A stretch of DNA of 64,000 bases. Origin: Octopus vulgaris. Its lineage: Eukaryota. Below, piece by piece: positions 52,471-64,000 of this stretch. Within the stretch, counting starts at the first letter, position 1; every line of letters starts with the position of its first letter. Below the pieces are notes generated by a model that saw only the letters and a program-made list of their open reading frames with translations, had not been told where the DNA came from and made no database searches. The position numbers were made by a program, and so were the translations under genes. The stretch spans positions 103,540,001 to 103,604,000 of the forward strand of contig OX597817.1 in the NCBI GenBank assembly GCA_951406725.2. Direction: 5' to 3'.

Positions 52471-53832
52471 ATGATTATAACGCATATGCGGTAAACTTCA
52501 AATTTGTCATCTGTACTCAAGCTTCAATTTTCTCAAACTATTTTTCAGTAGTTTTCCTATATTTGATGAAACTTATCTATATTAAATTCCCTTGTTTAGG
52601 GTGAAATTATCAAACACAACGAATCTTATTATTTCTCAAATTATTCAAACAACAAGGGGTTTCAAAATCTAGGATTGTTGCTTGTGAGACAAGACATAAT
52701 TGAAAAGATTCAATATAGTGTTACCACAACTCGCAGAAAAGTTCTGACAAGTGTCGCAAACGAGAGCATTTGTGCTGTGACTCCAAGAGTAGAGCATAAT
52801 TTATCTAAAACATTTTAAAAGACAATTCATTTTGAGAATGAGCTATCTTCGAATCAAAATTCTCTAGTGAGAATTTATGCCTTTAATATTTTAACAAGTT
52901 ATTCATAGAGAATTTTATACTCGTAACGTCATCTTTTCGAGGGTGTGAGATTAAACACCTTTTCCTTTGCCATCAGGTGCCATATTTGCCGTTTTATATG
53001 CACGTACTCGGCATAGGAAGGAACTCAAATAATTCATAGGGTTTATGAGAGTCTCATAGGGTTTCATATAATGCTCTTATGCATATGATACCGAAGTGGC
53101 GAACTGAAAATAAACTGTTTCACACATGTTATGCAACAAAATAACAGTACTCGACCAAAAACGTTTCCGCTATTATCCCGTTTACGAAGTTTTATTATGC
53201 AAAAACTTTTGCATTACTTACACCCGTTGCTTACTCGGCCGAAAATAATATCTAATTTTTTTCTAATCAGCACCTTTAAACGTAGTGCAATTATTTTTTA
53301 TACTAAAAACACTAGAAATAATCAAATTTACCTTTTTATTACTTAAAAAACTGGTCAGCACCCATTATGATTAAGATAAAAAATTTTCCCCTTTAACTTT
53401 GGCTTTCAAACTTGTTGTATTAAAAGATTTCTCATCAGTTCTATATTTTCTTGAGATCGTGACTCAAAACTTAAGAAAAATATATATAAAAGTCAGTGTG
53501 ATCATACAGCCTCAAGACTTTACTTCAAAACGAATTATGTGCAATTTTGATACGGGTGAGAAGGCCGTTGTGGAAAGCTTTCAAACTGCAGGAAAGGCAG
53601 GAAAGACAACCAATACTCTCAAGAATAGGTAAAAATCTACTGTAACTACAAAGTCAAAGGCTTTGTTAAGATCAAGATCTCGAGATTTTCCCTGAAAGAT
53701 AAATAGAGAAAATCATATCGATTGTCGATATTTCTGACATTATTCTGCACTGGAATTCTGAATAGAATTTCTCTGTTAGAACTAGGAGCTGCTCAGATGC
53801 AATACATGCATGCTATCAACTTTAATAAATTA

Positions 53833-54330
53833 TACTGGTGAACAAAAATTTTCATTGGATATGATTTGGGGTGAGTCAAAATGTTGTTCTGATGCTGACC
53901 GCAAAATTCTTCGGTTTTTCAGTGGTACGTATAATTTTTGAAATAAATAATTGTTTTTGTTTTTTTTTGTTATAAATTATTTATGAAATATTTTGCCTTT
54001 CTGAGATTATTGTCATTAAATCAGTATATTTCATGAATAGAGGAGAAACTTTGTTTGCTATGTTTGTGATATTTTGTGATATTTGTATTGCTAAAACAGA
54101 ACGACGAACCATATATCAAAAATGCGTTGGTTGTCATATATATAACTAAAACAAATAGTGGCTATCACATCATATCTTCTCTCATTTTTGTTCAAGTCGA
54201 GTATATGATTGGTTTTGTCGTACCCAAAAGACTGAGAGAAGGAAAAGCTAACCATGCTGATTGCTATTTTTGTATTGTTTACATAACTGACCTTTCTGCG
54301 AAAAACAAACAAAAGGTATGTATAATCTTT
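53833..54330 (+). mobile_element. Chapaev3 (CMC) DNA transposon, 5' part
   Basis: Terminus-like tactggtgaacaaaa, FVCYVCD, and FVVPKRLREGKANHADCYFCIV..SAKNK (FGVPMVWREP.NH.DDCYFC). Confidence 0.8.
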
Positions 54331-54344
54331 GTTTCAGAAAATAA

Positions 54345-54990
54345 TAATGGCAGACCCTCACCTTTCTCAAGAAATGAAGAGGCATGGTTATAAATGCTGA
54401 GCATAGCGATTTAGAAATATCTCGACTTTTAAAAGTTGCCAAAAGTTTGTAAGGAGCGAAGATGGTAACGTATCACCAGTATCAAAGCATAAAAAAAACA
54501 TTCTAAATGCTCTGAAATCATCAGAACACTTGAATTTATCCAGCAAGTTCAACAGACCATTGATTACAATCCAAGAAAGTCCATGAGATCAGTTGCAAAA
54601 TATCTCCATGTATCAGAAGGAACAGTCAGAAATTTTGTCCGCGATGACATCAAATATAAGTTTTATATGATGAGGAAAGATCAATTTGTCAGAAAAGGCA
54701 AAGGAAAATCACTACATCAGATAAAAACGGCTCTTAAACAAACTGAAAAATCCAGCAGAAGAAGATTTGATTTGGTTTTTCTCAAACGAGAAAAACTTCC
54801 ACCAAGATCAAAAAGTTAACAGAAGAAATGACAGATGGTTATGTGCAGACCCTTCTGAATTTCCAAGTGTTATGCATACAAAATTTCCTGCAACTGTCAT
54901 AGTTTTAGAGGTTGTCAGCAATGAAGGACATGTGGTGCCTCCTTACTTCTTTCCACAATGACTTAGAGTTAATTCTGCCGCCTACATTAT
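54345..54990 (+). mobile_element. maT/DD37D-type Tc1-mariner transposase fragment
   Basis: SMRSVAKYLHVSEGTVR, WFFSNEKNFHQDQKVNRRNDRW, TKFPATVIVLEVVSNEGHVVPPYFF. Confidence 0.8.
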
Positions 54991-54993
54991 ACA

Positions 54994-55509
54994 TATTCAG
55001 AATCCCAAACTTTCCATTTTAAAGACAACACGTATTTCATGACAGTATGTCGGTATTTTTGAGATATAAGGTCTCTAGTTTCAATACTCAATTAGATCGA
55101 CGTACTCCTAATCTTCAGGTCTGGATTCATTATTTTTATTCTTATTTTTATTTCGTATTTTTTATTCGTAGTTTTTATTTGTATTTTTTATTCGTATTTT
55201 TTATCCTCTTTTATTCCTTAAATTTTTATTTCTTTACTTTTTAAGGTTCATTCATATTTTTTTTTCTATTTTTATTCATTAATTTGTAAAGTAAAATTAT
55301 GATAACGATTTTTAGTCAAATAATTTCAATCATCATAGAGTTATATAGAATGTAGATAGAGTAATAAATGGGTAGGATCCAGACCTGAAGATTGGGAGTA
55401 CGTTGATTTAATTGAGTATTGAAACTAGAGATCTTATGTCTCAAAAATACCGACATACTGTCATGAAACACGTGTTGTCTTTAAAATGGAAAGTATGGGA
55501 TTCTAAATA
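54994..55509. mobile_element. Foldback element with ~135-bp inverted arms and an AT-rich spacer
   Basis: 54994-55129 matches the reverse complement of 55375-55509 (e.g. tttccattttaaagacaacacg, catgacagtatgtcggtatttttgaga). Confidence 0.9.
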
Positions 55510-55708
55510 GATATAGTAAGTATCATGTTTGATATTTTATGGTTCGGTCGGGTATAATATCTTTCAATGTTGATTGAGTTGAGGGTGGTTCTGTCTCTAA
55601 AACTACTTTTATATATATGAATAAAATATTGAGAGAAGTTCACTTTAGTACCTTCTTTTGAATGCCTCATTCCTGTGGACTCGGAATTAATCTTCCCTAA
55701 TAATCATA

Positions 55709-55769
<61 letters not shown>

Positions 55770-55771
<2 letters not shown>

Positions 55772-55980
55772 GTGTGTGTGTGTATTTGTGGGGGGTTGAC
55801 CCACCCACGCTTGTCAGCCGGTGTCATTTGTCCCGTTACGTAGGTTTGGTGAAAGTAACCAAAAGGATAAGTATATGACTTTCAAAAAAGTGCTGATATC
55901 GACTTGTTCGATTAAGCATTTCAAGGCGGTGCCTCAGTATGGCTGCAGTCCAATGACTGAAACAAATATAAGATAAGATA
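55770..55980 (+). mobile_element. SINE family A 3' part
   Basis: ggcggtgcctcagtatggctgcagtccaatgactgaaacaa. Confidence 0.8.
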
Positions 55981-55994
55981 TAATTGCTCTGTGA

Positions 55995-56420
55995 GAAAAT
56001 ATTTGTGGAGCAAAGCTCAAGGAAAAAGTACTCGTGGCACTGCAAATCAAAGAATCTTTAAAAGAATTTGAACATACTTTCCATACATTGGAATAAAACG
56101 GTTGGCAAGCTTTTAAATTGATATGATAAACGTTAGTGGGAAATTATAAGTCCCTGGCATTTCGAGATGGAGTTGAGAAGCTTCTTGATATCTAGAAGGA
56201 AATGTATTATAGAATGTCGTAATAATGCACTTTCTACATTCTCATCTAGATTTCTTTCCAAAACGTCTTGTTAAGGTAAGTGCTGTCATGCTATGGAAAC
56301 ACGATATCGCGTATTTTTGAGTGCATATATAACGGCTGATTATTATTGTATGGTATATCGTGACAATCCAGTTCAAGTTTATAAGAAAAACTTTATATTT
56401 GCAACAATTAAATATATGAA
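55995..56420 (+). mobile_element. Chapaev3 transposase, C-terminal part
   Basis: AKLKEKVLVALQIK, WQAFK..LVGNYK, MHFLHSHLDFFP, METRY..ADYYCMVYRD. Confidence 0.85.
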
Positions 56421-56984
56421 AAAAAAATTGTATATGTATTCTTCAACCACATGTATATGTAATTATAACCGAGATATAAAATAAGATTAGAGTTAATTAT
56501 GTATGAATTAATTAAATGTATGACTTGTTTTTCCGTTCAAGCTATAAGCAATTTTGTAGAGAATGTTGTTGAACAGATATTTATTAATAAAACTGAGAAT
56601 ATTTTGGAGTGTTACTTGTTTTGCAAATCACTTGGTCTGAGATTGTCTGTTTAAACTGAAGCAACTATATTTTCAGCATGAAACGCATGGATCATTTTAC
56701 CTTGAGAAGGAATTAATAACTTCTTTGAAAAGTATTATCAGATATGACTGATTGCGGACAATCTAATTGTATTTTCCCTTCGTGTTCGAATTTGTTCTAT
56801 TCGTTGTCCAAATTAAATCCAGTTTAAGGCTCCAAGTGTACTTAGATTGATATTTTTGAAACCAAATGCTCTGGATACGCTATAATTTTGGTTCCTTAAT
56901 TGTATTTAATTATCAATTTTTGCTTCGGCTCCATGTAAAAAGATAGAAAGGTTGAAGTATTCGGATTACAAAATGAACTTCGAT

Positions 56985-57960
56985 AGTAGGGGAAAACATC
57001 ACGCAGGGCCAACCAAGGAACCCCACAGGAACTTTTTTATTATGGCAAGTGGTCTTTTCTTCCACGTTTTCCTTACTCTATAGGCGCATGCTTAGAGTAA
57101 ATCCATTCAATCGGGCCATTCTCGTTACCTTCACCCATTTTTACAAATTTATTGGGCAAGCACCACCCTCTCCACTCTCACCTTCCTTTCCAAATAGAAC
57201 TTGAAAAATTCGATGAGGGCTTGGCCGAAAAGGAAAGTGTCTGCTTTCAGTACTTTCAGTCGCGTCCGCCACACAGCCTCTTGCGGCGCGGCGATCTTCA
57301 GGATGGTGTCGGCTGAGAGCTGAGTCCATCCTATACTGGATATTAACTGTTCGACATCACAAGTCAGCAATGCTCGAATACTGTACAGTCTATATCTGCC
57401 CATATTTATTTCGGAGTTCTTTCTACTTGGGAGTGTGTTACTGCTTCTAGGTTTCAGGGTTTCGCCAACTCACGGCAATGCAGCACCGTCTTCCGTGCAT
57501 TTACCGCCAAAACTTCCGCTGGGATTGCAAATTGTGCTCTCCTTTTATTCACTTTCACAAGTTGTGCCACTTGAGTCAGGTGTGCCTCCTTGTCGTTTAG
57601 GGAGAGCATGAAATATTGTGCTGGTTTTTTCCACCATTCCAAGAAAAGATAACCTACCCTTGGAATCGTCACCTACTTACTTTGTCCTCTTCGTTATTCT
57701 TGGTGCTGCTGATGCCTTTGTTGCTGTTGGTGGTGGTGACTTTGTTGTTTGTGCAAATGTTCTCGTTGTTAAAAACATCTTTACAATTGCTACTGTTGTC
57801 GTTTCCATTGCTGTTTATTATTGTTCTCGAGAAAATGCTCTTTAATGAAGTTCTTGTAAAATGAATCGTTCTTCTTGCTACTTCCTCATTGAATCTTATA
57901 TTACTAATACCAAAATTCCAACAAAGTAGAAAGATAGAAACAGAGAAGAGCATATAAAAT
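56985..57960 (-). mobile_element. Internally deleted Tx1-clade LINE
   Basis: ORF 57149-57403 (VEQLISSIG..LSAD..VWRTRLKVLKADTFLFGQALIEFFKF) is homologous to 17628-17909. The upstream N-rich segment is ORF1-like (weaker). Confidence 0.65.
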
Positions 57961-58090
57961 ACCACAAAAGTCGTATTACCGTGTGACGTAGGGGTCCTTA
58001 TTCAAAGTTTTAACGAAAATTCACAACAGTAAATATATTAGCTATATTAAATCTCTGAGCGAGATATAAACAGTAGCAATACAGAATCAC

Positions 58091-58523
58091 AACATATAAT
58101 TACTAGCCAAGAGTGGTGTTCTTTACAGGGCAGTGCTACTGACGTTTATAGCCCCAGGGAAACATCTTTTCCAACTGGCTAACGCACACATTCTGTGTCC
58201 GATTAGTATTTGCGAGATTTAATATAGCTTATTTCCCCTTTTTCGAGATCAGCCACAGTTTGTCGCTGCAAACGCATATAGTATTTTGCGAGTGGAATGA
58301 GTTTTCATCATTACCTGGTGATTAGCACACGCTGAGGACGGGTAACCACCCAGAAACTCGAGTCTGTGTGTATCACAATGGGAGCGATGGCCTCCCTTCG
58401 CAAATACTAATCGGACACAGAATGTATGTCGTTAGCCAGCTGGAAGAGATGTCTCCCTGGGGCTATAAACGTCAGTAGCACTGTCCTGTATAGGACGTCA
58501 CACTTAGTTGGCAATTATATGTT
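58091..58523. mobile_element. Foldback element (~125-bp inverted arms) enclosing a hammerhead ribozyme
   Basis: 58091-58215 vs the reverse complement of 58398-58523. The inner ~90 bp are highly similar; the outer ~35 bp are colinear but diverged. Confidence 0.9.
58325..58371 (+). ncRNA. Type I hammerhead ribozyme (PLE-type), apparently intact
   Basis: gcacacg CTGAGGA c GGGT aacc ACCC a GAAA CTCGAG TC tgtgtgt: 7-bp stem I, 4-bp stem II, palindromic ACTCGAGT stem III, GUC cleavage after 58364. Confidence 0.85.
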
Positions 58524-58615
58524 TCTAGTAAATATATTCTTTTCAACAAAATATAATAAAAGTTCGGAACCGACAAGACTTACGTCCAATTCAAACGATA
58601 ATGATAATAAAGCGT

Positions 58616-60848
<2,233 letters not shown>

Positions 60849-60876
60849 ATAATAATAATAATAATAATAATAATAA

Positions 60877-62118
60877 GGATCGATTACCGAAAGGCTTTCG
60901 AAAGTATTCTCTACACATGGATCCTAGAAACACTAATCATGATCAAGGTAGTACCAATAATCATAAAATATATAACGCATCCCATGAATAAATGGCAGAC
61001 AGTGCTACAGCTCCAGACAAAAGCGGGACTCATATAAACCAAAGCCAACCCCATTAGAAGAGGAATATTTCAGGGAGACACGCTCGCTCCATTCCTTTTC
61101 TGCTTGGCACTGACATCTTTATCTGACATGCTAAACAGAAATGGATGTGAATATAACTGTTACTGCAAAACAATCAGCCACCTCTTATATATGGATGATC
61201 TAAAACTGTACGCTACAAATGATAAACAGCTGGAAACATTACTACAAATAGTATATGGATTTACCAAAGAAGTAAACATGAAATTTGGCTTAGAAAAATG
61301 TGCCAAAGCAACCTTGAAAAGAAGAAAACTAGTTAAGAGTAGCAACATCACAGTAGATAAAGCAAATGAAATAAGAGAATTAGACCCAAGCCAGACATAC
61401 GAATACTTACGAACGCGTACAAGCTTCCACATGTGAACAAATCAAACTTCGAAGGCACGGTATTTAAATGACTTTCACAAAAGATGCAACAAACCGTGGA
61501 AGGGAACGGTTGTGCTCGGCGATAATACTGTGAAGAGAAAAGGAATAGCGGTGAATTTCATTACATGAGCTTCGAGTAACGCGATACGAAAGAAGCATCA
61601 GCACACATCCAGAGACGGTGTTCTGTCAAAAGGTTAACGCTGCCCAAACGGAATACAAAACATAAAAGAGAACGATGGGCAGATGACGACTACATTAAAC
61701 TGATATATGCATTCAATAATGCAACACTATATCCAAAACATAGAAATAAAAAAAAGAAACATATGGGATAGGGAGGAAAAACAATAAAGATATCAGGAAA
61801 TTGCGAACGTAAGAGGATATATATCTTACGAGAATAGAATGTTCCCAAAACAGAAATAGAGAAACTCAAACAGTAAATATCCAATAAAATGAACCCCCGT
61901 AACTGTACCCTACATATCCAATACCCAACAGAAGATCACGGCTCGCATACAATACAAACACTAATATAACAAATGACTCAAACCAAACACCATAACAAAA
62001 CATACTGATGCAACACAAAAAAAGAAAGAACATACAATGCTGCACACACCTCAATAGCACAGAAGTGTAGAAAGTGACGCAGCAGAAATTTACTTGAAAC
62101 TATCAGATGTCAAAAAAT
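60877..62118 (+). mobile_element. Rearranged R4/Dong pieces: RT core, N-terminal remnant, 3'UTR
   Basis: IDYRKAF, RRGIFQGD, ISHLLYMDDLKLY, FGLEKC (60877-61410); KRERWADDDYIKLIYAF (~61665); 3'UTR shared with 15320-15552. Confidence 0.85.
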
Positions 62119-62149
62119 AATAATGGTGAAGATGGTGATAACAGTGGTA

Positions 62150-62870
62150 AGAAAAAGAAATTTAGAGAGAAACAGAGCACGAAAAAAGCAATGGCATGGA
62201 AAGGAGGAGAAACATACAGTCAGTTTGCAAGAGATACGAGCGCCAAGAAAGATACAGAAGACCGGTGGTCATAAAGGCAGAGGAGTGATTTGAAGATAGC
62301 AACAGAAGCATTTATATGCGTGCCATAAGAACAGGCATTGAGGACAAAATATGTGAAGTGCAGAATTGATAAAACAACTGAAAGCGACAAATGCAGAATG
62401 TGTGCTGAGAGGAGTGAAACAGTGTGGAACATTGTTAGCGAATACCCTAAACTGGCACAAAGTGATTACAAAAGACGACATGACAATGTGGCAAGAATAT
62501 TCGATATAGCATGTCTTGATTACAACAGGACAAAAGAGAAAGAAGAAAAAGTGAACAACTACGATGTATTGAAGTGGGAAAATACTCAGGTTGTGGGAAA
62601 TGAAGTGAGTGGACGTGATACCAATAGCGACTGGCGCGCTTGGAAGCATCAGTATTCAACTATCAACATGGATCCAAAAGATTAGTATAGTAAAAATAGA
62701 ACACCAACAAAAACCATCATCGCTTGAAACTGCAAGGGTTCACCGCTGGATCCTTTGAGCATGATCAGTAAACAAGTGTCACCTTTGACTGCTGGCCGCG
62801 GGCAGCTGACACTTTCCATCATACCCAGGAAAATAATCTGAGAGTTTTCATGAAACAACAACAACGAAAG
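62150..62870 (+). mobile_element. Internally deleted R4/Dong 3' fragment
   Basis: EQALRTKYVKCRID..CRMCAERSETVWNIVSE..YKRRHDNVARI joined to EEKVNNYD. The 3'UTR is shared with 19000-19095. Confidence 0.88.
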
Positions 62871-62871
62871 C

Positions 62872-62963
<92 letters not shown>
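62872..62963 (+). repeat. (TAA)n microsatellite
   Basis: Direct observation. Confidence 0.95.
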
Positions 62964-62964
<1 letters not shown>

Positions 62965-63884
62965 TGATGTATTTAATTTTCACTTTAGTTCCTCAATTTC
63001 TTAGAGATATGGTGTATATTTTAAAAAAGGTTGACATTTTAATAAAACTTTTCGATTAAGATTGAAGAGTGAGATTAAACAATCTTGAATTTGGTTGCAT
63101 GATTTGTTAAACTACATAATCTTATTAACTGTCAACAGTCTTTCATTGGATTTACAATATCATGTTCCGGTATTACTATAGATTGCAAAAATACATTTTC
63201 CTGCTTTAAGCATAGAAATCATTGAACACCAACAGGAATGACTTTTAAACAATAACAGATATGCCTTGTTTCACTTCAGATGTTCCGCAATAGGGATTTT
63301 ATCATTTGATTCTGTCAAATGTAGTCTTTAATTATCAACACTAATATAGAGAAATGTATTTGTAATGTAAATATTTTGTATATTTTCTTAAACTTTACCT
63401 TACCAAACATGATTTACTCTATCATTATTGCAGTTTATGTAGGAAAGGTTAAACTAATTTGTTAACAAATATATATAAAATTTGCTTTCGAGAAGCAGGT
63501 TTCAATTGACTTTTTTTTTTGCCAAATGGAAGATGTTTTTATTTATTTATTTTTTTGTTTATAAAGACAAAAGAATTCATGTTTACATTAAATTAAAGCA
63601 AAGAATTTAATGCTCGCACCCATAGAAGTTTATCTTTTTAATATTATTTTTCTTTTTTTTTTTTTCATACTTATACATAAGGACTGATGCTGCCATTTTA
63701 ATCTGTGTCCTGATGTGTTACAAAAAAAAGTTAAAAGGGATTTTCGTAGGGTTTATAATTTGTTTTTCATTCTTTCAAACTCATACTTATTACTATTTAG
63801 GGAATTGTGCGCTTTACATATTTTTATTTCTCTAGCTATTGTAATAACAGTGTCTCCTATAATTATTATTTATAGCTCTTTAAT

Positions 63885-64000
63885 GGTGGTGGATTGGCAG
63901 AAGGGTTAGATTCATAAAGAATGCCTTGTGGTATTTAGTTACGACTCTTAATGTTTTGAGTTTAAATGTTGCAGAAGTCAAGATTACCTTTCATCCCTCC
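63885..64000 (+). mobile_element. SINE family B copy (diverged, runs off the window)
   Basis: ggtggtggattggcagaagggttag...tttgagtttaaatg...cctttcatccc. Confidence 0.65.

Noticed and set aside
58126-58488. Simple TA-flanked Tc1/mariner MITE reading of the foldback
   Set aside because: Arm homology continues ~35 bp beyond the TA on both sides, so the TA is internal and not a TSD.

Overview
AT-rich, repeat-saturated animal DNA, most likely an octopod cephalopod (inferred from recalled octopus-type tRNA-derived SINE families; not database-checked). No intact host gene can be called with confidence, and almost all long ORFs are microsatellite read-throughs or transposon remnants. The window holds: two trains of 5'-truncated R4/Dong non-LTR retrotransposons in (TAA)n arrays (11.6-19.1 kb and 58.6-63.0 kb); several Penelope-like elements (PLEs: Poseidon-, Naiad- and Neptune-type pieces); Tx1, Hero, CR1-group and RTE LINE fragments; three mariner copies plus a mariner MITE; a maT (DD37D) fragment nested in a Chapaev3 relic; two non-autonomous Helitrons; and three SINE families. 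The most striking unannotated signal is a set of PLE-type hammerhead ribozyme motifs. One is apparently intact and sits in the loop of a ~430-bp foldback element (58091-58523), one has a long stem II (23583-23663), and several are relics. Two other long foldbacks (39.1-39.6 kb, 55.0-55.5 kb) may belong to the same system. Decayed Ig-domain-like exon relics are also suspected. All alignments were done by eye, so boundaries are approximate unless TIRs or TSDs are quoted.
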